A stretch of 63,814 bases of DNA, counting the filler, from Licmophora abbreviata (Eukaryota), in NCBI GenBank assembly GCA_900291995.1. It is 16 parts of 16 records of this genome, joined end to end, with 100 filler letters (N's around TTAATTAATTAA, not from the genome) between each part and the next. Parts side by side here need not be neighbours in the genome. Positions count along the whole stretch, not along the records: positions 18,040 to 25,863 come from OLMU01005307.1; positions 25,964 to 29,805 come from OLMU01005308.1; positions 29,906 to 34,822 come from OLMU01005309.1; 13 more parts are not named here. The stretch is one strand, 5' to 3'. The notes under the pieces were generated by a model, which saw nothing but the letters and a program-made list of their open reading frames with translations, was not told the DNA's origin and ran no database searches. Position 1 is the stretch's first letter. Each line of letters starts with the position of its first letter. The position numbers and the translations under genes are program-made. This document shows positions 22,969-34,789 of this stretch, piece after piece.

Positions 22969-23247
22969 TGGCCTACCAATACACCTACAAACTAGTGGTC
23001 CCATGAAATTGTGAACAAGTGTCGTTTGAGCTTCAAAATCATAGGGATACTTTGACGGAAAGGCCCAATTTTGGTGTTGTAGGGCATTTTGTCTGCGTGG
23101 GGGCGCGCGCTAATCCTCTCCTAGTATTTTCACAAAAACGAAACCACAAACACAATATGGTGAGAAACGTCGGCCACGAACGCGGCTCTGCTACGAACAA
23201 CACCCTTCCCACTGAGCGACGACGAAGTAGACCTCCCTTGTGTCCTC

Positions 23248-23531
23248 ATGAGTTCGCGCCGAACTCCTCCGAATGTCTTCTTCTTGGCGCTCTTGATCGT
23301 CGTGTCGGCCGTCACCACGCTTCGCCAGCACCCGGCCCAACAGGCTAATATTTTGCTGTCCTTCGTGTCGTACAACGGCGACGGCAGCTCACGGCAGTCT
23401 CCCGAGGGCAGGATGTTCGCCGTCCAATCGCAACCACAAAATCAAACAATGAATACAACGACGATGACGACAAACGATACTACTGCTGCTACTGCTGCTA
23501 GTACTACTGCTGCTAGTACTACTGCTGCTAG

Positions 23532-23566
<35 letters not shown>

Positions 23567-24549
23567 GTCAGAGTGCTTCTGCCAACCGCCCTACTACTAC
23601 TACTACTACTGCTACCAATAGTACTACTACGAACCGCCGCCGTCCTCGCCGTCGTGGGAGGATCCCCAACATTCTCATGGCAGGAGCACAAAAGGCGGGG
23701 ACTACCTTTACGTCCTCCTGGTTGATGTCTCGAAAGGATGTGTGCACTCCCAATTACAACCTCAGTGCTCCAGACTTTGCCGATCGGTCCCGGAAGGAAC
23801 TGCATTTCTTCAATCGACTCGATCGCTACGAACGGGGACTTGACTTTTATCGCAGTCGGTGGGAACACTGTACGAATGCCAGTACGTATATACTGGACGC
23901 CACGCCTAATTATCTGCAATATGCCGACCGAATACGACAGACCTATGAGGAACACGGGACACTGGACGAACTCAGAGTCATCATTACCTTGAGAGAACCA
24001 GTACCCAGGGAGATTTCCTTTTACAACATGATGGTGGGGAAGCAACACCCGACAGTGAAGAATCAAAATGGAACCTTTCAGACTTTTGAGGAGTTCCAAC
24101 ATCTTGTGAATGTGTCGTCTTCCGTTCCTCGGAGAAAACGTCGTTCCACAGCGTCACCGGGCTTTTACGCCGTCTATCTCAAACAATGGTTCGCCGCATT
24201 TGATCGAACACAGATACTCATCTTGTCCTATGAAGAGCTCAAGGACAATCCTGAAGCATTCTTTGGTCGAATACATCGCTTTCTCGGTCTCAGTGGGGAC
24301 CTGACACTATTTGAGGAAGATGAAGGGAGACGCAATTTGCCACGAACAAACTCAACGACGCAGGATGAGGGACCCTCGTGTGCAGTTCAGAAACAACTTG
24401 CTGACGTGTTTGAGCCTTTCAATGCAGATCTCTATGCCTTATTGGAGGAGAATCCCGGGCCAGTGATGGAGCAAAGGCCATTTCCAAAGTTTAGATCGCC
24501 GAATTGTCTTGATGGCGACGAGAAAGAAGAGGGGGGACCGACTCGATGA
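23248..24549 (+). CDS. Type II membrane PAPS-dependent sulfotransferase (HS3ST/NDST-like fold) with poly-Thr stalk
   Basis: 5'-PSB GAQKAGTT, KELHFF, DATPNY, 3'-PB LREPVPREISFY. N-terminal TM helix. Confidence 0.92.
23478..23630 (+). repeat. (ACT)n/(GCT)n trinucleotide tract encoding Thr/Ala stalk
   Basis: Visible actactact runs and gctagtactactgct units. Confidence 0.9.
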
Positions 24550-24663
24550 GAGAACAAGGCAGGCGGTCGTCACTCTATGATGACACTCTTCCTATCGTTA
24601 CGCACTTTCGTACACTCCCATGGATCGTATTGCTCACCACCCCTTTACTAATAATTTCAAGTA

Positions 24664-25803
24664 CTACCTACTTGTGCAATTCATGGGCGTAAACCTAGGG
24701 AACGGACGCTGTTCCATGGGTGGCCCCGGATGCTTGTCTAGTAATTCGTACAATCGTTCGTTGGACGGATCAAACAATTTGGCTAGTCTCGCCTGTGCCA
24801 CACACGACGGCAGTCGCGTCGCAGTCGTCCCCGCCGCGTTGCTCCGACCCAATCCCGTCTGGATGCCTTGGACAGGAATCCCCAGAAACTCGTGTACACG
24901 CTTCAAAAACACAGTACCGCCGTCCGTTTGGAGTTCGTCGTAGGAAAGCACCAGTATTTGGTCGCGACGAAAGTAGCGCATCCACTCTTCCAGCAGGAGT
25001 CCGTACTCCCCGAGGGGTTGCGATCGAAAGGACGACAGGGTTCGGTCCGCAAAGACGTCAAAGGAGACGAGGCCTCCAAAAAAGTACCATTGAGTCCCCT
25101 GCGCGCAGAAAAAGCACGGAAATGCTCGGACAATGTTATTGTACCACGAGAGTTCTCGACTCACAGGTTCTCTCAGAACAACGATAATCTTGAGATCGTC
25201 AGCAGTCCCCTGAAGATCATAGGTCTCTCGGATGCGTTTCGCATTCCCAAGGTAGGTCGGGGTGGCATCCATAAGGATGGGGTGGTCGCCACAGTGACGA
25301 AATCGATTTCGATAAAAGTCAATCCCCCTCCAGTACCTCCAGGGCTGATCGAAAAAGTGTACTTCCTTGTCGTACCACTGCGGTTCACCAGGAAGCCTGT
25401 CTCCCAGACATACATGACCGCCGTGGACAAGACGGCGGGCCAAGGAAGTCGACCCCGACTTGGGTGGGCCTACCAGGAGAGCATTCGGAATTCTCGGTGG
25501 TGGTATAGCAGCGACAGTAGTAGGAGGGCGGTGTAGTAAGGGTGGACTACTGTGAAAGAGCAGCACGTGTTGTCCCCAGAGAAAGAGAAGAACGGCGGGA
25601 GAGAGGAGGCCCACGAGAAGGGTAGTGGCGAGGAAGCGTTGCGACTGTGATGAAGAATGCCGTCGATGCCTTGGCGATCTGATTGTTGTAGGGGACGTGC
25701 GAGGACTCGTACTCGTCAGGATGGTCTGCTGCTGCTGCTGCTGGCGAGGAGTGGATCGCATCACGCCGTCGTGTGGGCGTGATCTCTCGTCCTTTCTCTT
25801 CAT
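24664..25803 (-). CDS. Type II membrane sulfotransferase, paralog of 23248-24549
   Basis: GPPKSGST, KEVHFFD, DATPTY, LREPVSRELSWY. Shares the C-terminal PGPxMEQRPFPxF motif. Confidence 0.92.
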   Translation of the reverse strand: MKRKDERSRPHDGVMRSTPRQQQQQQTILTSTSPRTSPTTIRSPRHRRHSSSQSQRFLATTLLVGLLSPAVLLFLWGQHVLLFHSSPPLLHRPPTTVAAIPPPRIPNALLVGPPKSGSTSLARRLVHGGHVCLGDRLPGEPQWYDKEVHFFDQPWRYWRGIDFYRNRFRHCGDHPILMDATPTYLGNAKRIRETYDLQGTADDLKIIVVLREPVSRELSWYNNIVRAFPCFFCAQGTQWYFFGGLVSFDVFADRTLSSFRSQPLGEYGLLLEEWMRYFRRDQILVLSYDELQTDGGTVFLKRVHEFLGIPVQGIQTGLGRSNAAGTTATRLPSCVAQARLAKLFDPSNERLYELLDKHPGPPMEQRPFPRFTPMNCTSR

Positions 25804-26302
25804 CCGGTGTCATTCTCCACCAACAAGCAGTGCTGCTGCTGCTGCTGCTGGCAGAAGAAGAATNNNNNNNNNNNNNNNNNNNNNNNNNNNNNNNNNNNNN
25901 NNNNNNNTTAATTAATTAANNNNNNNNNNNNNNNNNNNNNNNNNNNNNNNNNNNNNNNNNNNNATTCAAAACAGTAATGAGATTATGCTAGCCACGTCGA
26001 AGTCTAGTCAGTAGCGACGTTGCGATGCTGTGGTGACATGAACCACATACTCGTACAGGTTGCCTCGGTCAGGCGTGGTGTTCGAAAGGAGCGTTGGTAC
26101 CGCCGCGGTATCCACACTCGCGCTCAACGCATTCATCCTCGCGCTGGCACTCTGAGAGCTCGAGAGCTCGTCGTCGTGTGACGAGTCGAGTCGGTATCGC
26201 ACGCTACTACGAATTGTTCTTTCTATAATCAGTTGAAATCATCACTCGACTACTACCTCCACCTCTTCAGAATGATCCCCAATATGTTCATTGTCCAACA
26301 AC

Positions 26303-29300
26303 TCATCCCGAAACGCTCCTGGCCGCGAACAGCGACGACAATGCTCGCAGCTTCTCATCGGTCCCCGTGTTATGTTCCGTCATTCCATCATCCTCATTGT
26401 CGCCCGACGAGGTACAGGAGCTCTTCTCCTTTGTCATGCTCAGATCGACTGGCATCGCAGGGGCGTGGTAACGCATGTCCAACTGCTTGGATACCTCGAG
26501 GACATAGCTTGCCATATCCGATTGACTCATCAGAATAGCTGGTAGGTTCTGCCACCGCTCTCGATGCTGCAAGACAATGACGTATTCGATATAGCCTTGC
26601 TCAGGTGCAATCCGCGTGGCACGGAACTGATGCATGGTGACCCACTCACGGGGTCGTTCCTTTACAAAGCTCTCCACCGTCTTGTGGAAGAGTTGAACCT
26701 TGGTGTAAGGGACGTCGACACCGAACTTCATAAAGACGTGATTGATGGGAGCGGGGGATCTTGCTCCGTTGATGATTCGACTGGAGGCGAGCGCTCCGTT
26801 CGAGATGGTGGCCACTTCCCCCGTCGCAGCGTATTTGATGGTGGTAGTGAATAAGTTGACGCTCTGTCGTGGGACAACAGAAGCAGAGCGATTCAATATC
26901 ACAAGTTCTATAAGTTGAAGCAAGCGGAACAGCGAGCTACGAAGGAAACATTCATCAGCAGATTCTGACTTACCAGGACATACCATGGGATCGCCCCATG
27001 AAAGGCGGTGTCGCTGTTGGGACCAGCGATTGCCACCTATAAATGTAGAAAGAAAGAACATCAACGAGATTTTGTTGGTATTCAAATTGACACAAACAAA
27101 TACGCGATTGAATATGACACGACACCCATGAGACGTACAAGATCCCCAATCGAATAGGGCCGCTGCAGCAGTATAAACAGGATGCCTTCAAAGTACTTGG
27201 AGCTCGCGGCACCAATCATAAAGGCGAACGCTAAAATGACGCTCGAGAACGACAGGAAAATTGCCAGCGGGTTAAAACCATTTGCGGCCAGGAGGAGACA
27301 CGTCAACATGACATAGAAAACCACATTCAGCATGGTCTCGAGCGCATTGTCAATCTGACCGGAATTGGCGATCGATGATCGTAGAAGCTTTACCTCCTTG
27401 TAGACACTGTCGCAGCTGCGGACAAAGTCAAGCATGCTCAAGTTGCCCTGCCGGTCCGGCCGAAAGATCTTAATAAGGGCTCGCATCTTTTTCTGGTCGA
27501 TTTCTCCGTCGGATTCTGTAGCAAGCATTCCAATCGTATCGAACGGGAGCAGAATCTTGTCGGGTGTGATTCGCAACAGCGTCTTGTAAACTTTTTGAGC
27601 CGACTCGATGCAGGCTTCTCTGTTTCCCGCGTACCCAAATGAAAATGAAAAGGGGAATTCAGCGTCCATGAAAGCCAGGGCCTGCCTAAACTGGAGAATG
27701 GCGTTGATCGAGATCACTTTCTGTGCGCGTGAAAAGAGAAAGTCCATTGCGGACGCATCAGAGTTTCGAGATCCAACGCATTGGCAAGCATGAGGTAGCA
27801 TTCCATGCCGTGACTCACCTGCTTGCGGATGACTTCAGGTTCCTCCCAATCGTCGAGCAGTTGCATCATCTTGATTCTCTGCGAAGCCGTAAGGCTACCG
27901 GTAAGCCCATCTCTTTGCTCATCGTCGATCACCTTCTCCGATTGTCCCAGTGACGCGTTGTCATGGCGTCGTGGAGATGCAAGTGATTTTTCTGGTAGAA
28001 GAGACGAGTCGGATTCGTCCTCAGATTTATGGTTGTTGATGCCAATATCCCACCCGGTAATTGGGCCAAACGAAAACTTTTGAGTTTTCCTTACACCGGA
28101 CTCAGTTCCTACAGGCTCGGAATCTCGACCGAGTTGTGCTACTTCGGATACCAGCACCATGCTCTGTATCACTTTCGCAAGCTTTTCTCCGTAGTGACCT
28201 GAATCAAATGAAAGTGAAGAAAGTGTGAGCGACATCCCCCATGGCTATAGACGCCCATGCCACTCAAAGAGAGACACAAGTCGAACGTACTCAGGGTCCG
28301 CTTTCCGAGATACAAGCCAAGTGCAACTCTTTTTACGGCAACAACGATACCGACAATAATGGCGGAGGCGAGGATTCTGTAGTTTGCTTCACTCGACGGT
28401 ATATCGCCACTTGGATTATTCTCATTGCACATGTCGATCAACTCCTGCCAGTACAACCAGTGATGAACCAGCGAATTGTCGCCACTGAGAAGGATCAAGC
28501 TGAAAAGTCCCCACACGATAAGGATGAACGGAAAGCCCTTTGACTGCACAAGAAAAAGCGTCGTCGTGGGACCAAACGCACGCACAGTCCATCGCGAACG
28601 CAGGGAAAGAAAGTCGATCACCAGCAGCTCCATCGCCTTTGCCATTGTGAACGTAACAACCTGTCGTACAAGAAACAAAATCAACCAGCTAATCGAAGCG
28701 CCACTTTTCTTCAACAACGGGTTTCCGGCAGCATAAAATAAAATGGCTGCTAGAGCAATCGACGGTAACAAGATATACAATAGCACCGTCTTGCAGTACG
28801 TCTTGATCGACGCGTGCATGGGGCTAATGAAGGCCGAGAAGAACTCCCAGTCTTCTTTCGCGCCTCGCTTGGCTCTCTGAACAACGGCCTTGGTCCCGTT
28901 CACGATCGCCACACTGGATCGCCGAATTGCAGAGTTGTTCTTCCTTGGCTGTGTTGCCTTTGCGCCGGACGGATCTTGAGAAAGAATCACGCCTTGCTCG
29001 ATGTCAACAGCATATTCCCTCCGATGGCTGCTACTTCTGCTCTCGTCACATGACGATTCATTCAACTCCTCCACAAGCCCCATGGAGAGGTGTTCGCTAT
29101 CGCCGTCTGTCTTTTTCGGATCTCTCACAGCAGCAGCCCCACCATCTCCGCTGAACAATCTGCGTCGCGAAGCAGGCTTTTCCAAGTCATTCTTTGAATG
29201 AATAGCATGTCCGGTACCCTGAGGAGTATCCGGAGCATCATCACGTGCTACGTTGCGTCGAAAGAGTACGTGGGCATTGTGGACAAGTACATCTGCACTA

Positions 29301-30506
29301 CTCTCGGGAATGTCTTGCACTGCAGGGGGGTCTCCACCTGCTGCATGGGTAGCAAAGTCTCCATGATCTATTCGAATCATACCAGTGGACGATCCCAGTC
29401 GACGATGATGCTGATGATGTCTCTCCCCTTCCTTGTCGGCGGCTGCATCCGTATCATTGTTATGCATAGCTCGCATGGCAGTCGTCAAATCAAACAATGT
29501 AGCTTCGATGCTGTCGGTCCGATCTCGATTGGCCATGGAATAATTCGACTTGCCACGGCGATGGACAGGACGTTCCAAGGACGGTGCATTCGCATTCGCA
29601 CTTCCCTTGGCCGTTTTCGGAGAGGAGTGCACAACAGGATGATTCTGCCTTGCCGGCGAATTGGAAGTAGACTCCACACTATCGTACATGTCCAGTCCTT
29701 CTTCCGGAAAATATTTGAGAGGTCGATTCATTTCGTCAACGGCGTGTTGTTGTTCCATGGCACGCAGAATGGCCGTTTCGGCTTCACATTCAAGAGGATT
29801 CACTTNNNNNNNNNNNNNNNNNNNNNNNNNNNNNNNNNNNNNNNNNNNNTTAATTAATTAANNNNNNNNNNNNNNNNNNNNNNNNNNNNNNNNNNNNNNN
29901 NNNNNCATCCGTCGTTATTCCCGTATTCCCGCGCTGCCAGGCATCTGCGGCAGTCGTTGTCAAGACGGGCTGCAGAATCGTCGGAGACGGTGGGTTATTG
30001 TTGTTGTTATTTACAAATTGATCTGCCACGTGTTGCTCAAAGGAGACGCTGCGATTGCGCCGCGGATTGGATGGTCGCGATGGAGGTGGTGGTCTCGTCG
30101 TCCATGGATGCGCAGCAGCAGCATCGCCCGAAGAAGTTTCCGTCAAGGCGGATAAGAAACTGAATTCTCCTGTACTGAACAAGCGATCGTGTACAGGATC
30201 TGGACGAGGCGGAGGATGGTCGTTCGTCTGAGCAATATGCTGTTCTGTATTATGGACAAGAGGCGGTATCAATGGAGGACGACCATCAGGATGATTCGCA
30301 GCAGCAGCACTGTTATCGGCGACGATCGGGGATGCGGGTGGATTCGGTTCGAAATTAGGAGCATTGCTGCCAATTTGGGAGATCTCCGAGTCGTCGTCGA
30401 CTGCTGACCCATTCTCATCATTGTTGTTGCGCACAGTATGAGTAACCACAACAGTATCGACAACATTCCTCGGTTCTTCTTTTGGATGAATTCTGTTCCC
30501 CGACAT
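26303..30506 (-). CDS. MscS-like (MSL) mechanosensitive channel with EF-hand-like loop; multi-exon, spans a gap
   Basis: FAFMIGAASSKYFEGILFILLQRPYSIGD, VNLFTTT, ISNGALASSRIINGARS, RPDRQGNLSMLDF. Introns at 28290-28199, 27818-27721 and two more near 27138 and 26973. The N-terminus probably lies across the 29806 gap. Confidence 0.9.
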
Positions 30507-31130
30507 GATTTGAGACTACAGGTTGTCGCCCCCGGTCGAAAGTTAAGAAGTATTTCTTGTATCGCAGTCGTACACTGCACTAATTGTGGGGTGGTGCTGG
30601 TTGTTGTTTTGCTTGATATGTGGCACACTCGCCATATTATGTTACTGTTGGTGTTGCTGTGGTCTTCACTCTTCACGGTATAATACCCGGGTACATACCG
30701 GGTCTCGGAGGATAATGCGGTTGGTGACGTATTTGTCTACAAAATATGATATACAGCCATAAAAGTTATATATACAGTTTGTTCTATGCTTTGCATACGT
30801 GCTTGCTCGCGCGCCACGTACCAACAGGCCCAACCAATTTGCGAACGCGAACGCGAACGACACGGAAGGATGTGGCCATCTGCCGCCCAAACAGAACCGA
30901 GCGAAACATGATACGAGAGTTTTACTTCACTTCAGTTTCCACAAACGAGAGTCAGTCTAGACAGCCACACGAAGGAACAAGAAACTGAATTCATCACTGA
31001 TTTCCCACCCTGGAGGTAGACTGACTACAGTTCTCATAAAGAAGAAGAACGAGATTCCAAGGATATCAAGGTTTCGAGTATTTCGTTCAAAAACAGGCAG
31101 CAGAAGTAGACCTTCCAGGAAGTCTTGCCA

Positions 31131-33203
31131 ATGTCTTCCCCCACGTATGAATGCCTGTCCGCAACAGACCCGTCCTGTCCCACTGCCTGTGTCGGTCTGG
31201 AGTCCTGTCAAGACTGTGGCTGCGCCGTGGTGGACACTGACGGCGGGCCCTGGGGCAACGCTCTCGATGTCATTTTTTGTCTACTGCCCATTGTCTTCTT
31301 ACTCGTCGCCACCTTGAAACCAAATCCTCTTCCGACGACACAAAGTTTGCCCCTGGCCTCCGTCATTATGTTCTTGGTCCGACTCATGTATCTCGGAAGT
31401 GATCCGCTCCTCGTCTGTGCCAGTGTCGTTACTGGTCTCTTCGAGGCGATCACTCCACTGACCATCATGGGAGGGGCGATTTTGTTGTTTGACACCATGG
31501 AAGCGACCTTGTGTATGCCCTACATGATGAGAGAAATGAAATTGCTCACCAAGGGACATCATGTCGCCGAACTCTGTCTCCTCTTTGCCTTTGCCTATAT
31601 GGTCGAGGGCGCCAGCGGCTTTGGGACTCCCGTCGCCCTCGGGGCACCCATGCTCGTGTCCCTGGGATATCCCAAATTGGAAGCCGTCGTGACACTTTTG
31701 TTGATGAACACCTTTGCGACCGTCTGGGGGGCCGTCGGGACTCCCATTTGGTTCGGATTTGGAAATTTGGAATTGACCGAAGATGACTTTCGCGAAATAT
31801 CCTACAAGGCTTCCATCGCCTTGGCTGTTTCGGCATTCCTACTGTTGCCCACCATGGTCTTGAGCATCACTTGTTCCAAGGCAGTCTTGTGGCAAAACAA
31901 AGTCTTTCTTTTTCTTGCACTCGGAAGCTGCATTCTCCCCAACGTGGGTCTCAGCTTCGTCTCGTATGAATTCCCATCGCTCATTGGTGGTATGGTGGGC
32001 GTGGGAGTGACTGCTGTTTTGATTCACTTTCATGTGGGAATGGCCAAAGTGGAGCACGTCGAAGAAGTCTCCGGACGACATCCACTGGATATGAAGAAGG
32101 AAAAGAAGCGTGCCGACGAGTTTGGAGAAGAGACTGCCAACAACGTGGAGACAAGCGAAACAAAGGCAATGGAGATCGGCGGCGGGAAAGGATTTGTGGA
32201 AGACGTGGACGACGAAGAAGAAAAGAAGGACGACGCGATCGGAGTGGGCGAGTCAGTAGGCGCCAATGAGGAGGTTCTTGCCCAAGTCGACAAGGACGAC
32301 GAGTTTAACGATACCAAGGCAGATGCATTGGATCTCGAGGATGGCACGGATTTTGAGAGCGACCGTGACAGTCATCGCGCAGTCGAGCTTCATTTAGGCC
32401 CTCGCAAGAAGGTCGGCGAAGGGTACATCAAGGAACTCTTGTTACGGACATTTCCATTGACGGGATCCGTCGTGTTGCTCATTGTGACGCGTGTTCCTTC
32501 TATCGGATTGCGGGACGTTCTCACCGACAAGGAACCAAACTTTTCCATTTACTTTGGAACCTTCGGTACATTTCGTTGCTCTGCGAGTCTCGTGTTGCAG
32601 CTGGAGAACATCTTGACGTATCCCAACTTGAACTGGAAGTACGAACTGCTGTACATTCCTTTCATCATGCCGTTTGCGATCGTGTCGTTCACAACGATGT
32701 TTATCTTTCGGAAAGACTTGCAACATACCCCACGAGAGATTGTGGGTGCCGTCGTCGACCGATTGAAGAAACCTGCCATTGCTTTGCTGGGTGCCCTGGT
32801 TTTGGTCCAGCTCCTCATCAAAGAGGGACCTGCCGCTCCTGCGACAATTATTGGAACCGTCCTGTCGGACGCTCTAAAGGAAGGTTGGATTGCCGTTGCT
32901 TCATCCATTGGAGCTCTCGGCAGCTTTTTCAGCGGCTCCACAACCGTCTCGAACTTGACCTTTGGTGGCGTACAACAAATCGCCGCCGAGGACATGGGTA
33001 CGAGCACGACGGCTATGCTGGCGTTGCAAGCTGCCGGTGCCAGCGCCGGCAACGGCATTTGCCTTAACAACATCATTGCCGCGTGCGCTGTCGTGGGACT
33101 GGATGTTGGCGAGGGAAAAATCATTGCGCGGACATGGAAGATGGTATCGCTGTTCTGCGTCATTGCCACGGTTGTCATGCTGGCAGTCTTTTTCCGCTTT
33201 TGA
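31131..33203 (+). CDS. L-lactate permease (LctP/LldP family)
   Basis: EGASGFGTPVAL, WGAVGTPIWFG, GSFFSGSTTVSNLTFG, QAAGASAGNGIC. Many TM helices, no introns. Confidence 0.9.
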   Translation: MSSPTYECLSATDPSCPTACVGLESCQDCGCAVVDTDGGPWGNALDVIFCLLPIVFLLVATLKPNPLPTTQSLPLASVIMFLVRLMYLGSDPLLVCASVVTGLFEAITPLTIMGGAILLFDTMEATLCMPYMMREMKLLTKGHHVAELCLLFAFAYMVEGASGFGTPVALGAPMLVSLGYPKLEAVVTLLLMNTFATVWGAVGTPIWFGFGNLELTEDDFREISYKASIALAVSAFLLLPTMVLSITCSKAVLWQNKVFLFLALGSCILPNVGLSFVSYEFPSLIGGMVGVGVTAVLIHFHVGMAKVEHVEEVSGRHPLDMKKEKKRADEFGEETANNVETSETKAMEIGGGKGFVEDVDDEEEKKDDAIGVGESVGANEEVLAQVDKDDEFNDTKADALDLEDGTDFESDRDSHRAVELHLGPRKKVGEGYIKELLLRTFPLTGSVVLLIVTRVPSIGLRDVLTDKEPNFSIYFGTFGTFRCSASLVLQLENILTYPNLNWKYELLYIPFIMPFAIVSFTTMFIFRKDLQHTPREIVGAVVDRLKKPAIALLGALVLVQLLIKEGPAAPATIIGTVLSDALKEGWIAVASSIGALGSFFSGSTTVSNLTFGGVQQIAAEDMGTSTTAMLALQAAGASAGNGICLNNIIAACAVVGLDVGEGKIIARTWKMVSLFCVIATVVMLAVFFRF

Positions 33204-33634
33204 CGAACCGTCACACGAGGTAGTAGGGGCGAGTGCATGCGACGAAGGGGAGGGCGTCGTCCTACCTGTAGTCCACCTTAGATATTATTTTAGATCATTT
33301 GCACAGTAACTTTGTAGGATTCATATGCCGGTGGTATACAACCACAAATGAATGCGAGTGGAGAAGCTCTACCGGTACCGGTACCTGCTCATTAGCAAAC
33401 CGAGCACCAAAACCGATTCGAAACGGTGTCTTCGTTCGTTGGTGTGTTCGGTTGGCGTTTGCGCGCGCCCAAATGTTCCCCGCCCGAAGACACTTTCTTC
33501 CGTTACGGCGGTGCCCTGAAACCCGCACCTTCCAACAGACCCCAGTTCGAGTGAAGTCTATTTCAGTTTGTGGATCCTCATCAAGCTTCCTCTGCACTGT
33601 CATCCTTCGCTTTGAGCTGTGTATTTATCCCGCC

Positions 33635-34483
33635 ATGAGCTCAATCTTGAATCCGCCTTGCTCAAAAGCATCCCTAGAAGTCAAGAATCGAGTCTTTTTG
33701 ATCACGGGCGGCACACAGGGACTCGGACTCGAATGTGCCACTCTCCTTGCTCAAAACGGCGCCTCCGGAGTGGTCCTCGTGTCTCGCTCTCAACACAAGG
33801 GAGATGTAGTATGTGAGAAGATCTCGCAGCAGTTTCCTTCGTGTCGCTGTATCTTCGTGCAAGCCGACATGAGCGATGCGGAACAAGTGTCCAGCGTGAT
33901 TCCTCGTGCGTACGATATTCTCCAAACACCCATTTCGGGACTCGTCAATGCGGCCGCCATTACGTCTCGTGGAAACCTGTTTACGACGACTCCCGATATG
34001 TTTGACGAACAGATGCAAGTCAATGTTCGGGCTCCCTTCCTGCTTACTCAGGCGGCCGCCAAGCACATGGTGGAACATGGTGTACGTGGGAGTATCGTGA
34101 ACATTAGTAGTGTGGCCGCCTTGGGCGGAGCCCCCTTTATCATGGCCTACAGTGCCTCCAAGGCGGCTCTGTCTAGTATGACAAAGAACAATGCTGCCGA
34201 GCTAGCTCCACGTGGGATTCGGGTCAATGCCATTGAAATGGGATGGTGTTGGACGGAGAATGAAGACAAATTACAGCGACAGCAGTCGGGAGACGATTGG
34301 GCGCTCAAAGCGGATACCAACGTGCCGCTCGGTAGGATTCTCCGTCCGACCGATGTGGCGGCGAGTGTGTGTTTTCTTCTTTCGGAGGCTTCCAACATGA
34401 TGACGGGGACTTTGATGCAGCTTCATCCCGAGTATTCGGATGGAATGTTGTCCTTGCTCGATGAGGATGGACCGGGGAGGTAG
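33635..34483 (+). CDS. Classical short-chain dehydrogenase/reductase
   Basis: TGGTQGLG, VNAAA, IVNISS, catalytic YSASK, IRVNAI. Confidence 0.93.
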   Translation: MSSILNPPCSKASLEVKNRVFLITGGTQGLGLECATLLAQNGASGVVLVSRSQHKGDVVCEKISQQFPSCRCIFVQADMSDAEQVSSVIPRAYDILQTPISGLVNAAAITSRGNLFTTTPDMFDEQMQVNVRAPFLLTQAAAKHMVEHGVRGSIVNISSVAALGGAPFIMAYSASKAALSSMTKNNAAELAPRGIRVNAIEMGWCWTENEDKLQRQQSGDDWALKADTNVPLGRILRPTDVAASVCFLLSEASNMMTGTLMQLHPEYSDGMLSLLDEDGPGR

Positions 34484-34789
34484 AAAACGAGAGACACTGG
34501 CGCATGCGAGTAGCTACAGAAGTTGATAGTAGAAGCTAGAAGCGAGCAAGGTATCTAGCTAGGAGATGTCTGCTCCAGCGATGCTACTGTCACAACCACG
34601 TAGAGTGCAACATGCTCTCGATTGACTCGACTCGTTGCGACAAGCAAGCAAGCAGCGCAACGACTCTCATTTCGATTTCCTTGTCTTCTCGTGGCGTCAC
34701 TGGTATCGTCGACTTGACTCTATCAAGTACCTCGGTGTATTTTACAAGCACAAGAACAAGGGAAAAAGTTGACGGGGTCTACAGTGGTT

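Noticed and set aside
23389..24102. 237-aa antisense poly-Ser ORF and other long antisense ORFs (e.g. 1595-2446, 32549-33238, 35034-35618, 63292-63783)
   Set aside because: They lie opposite well-supported genes and have no motifs.
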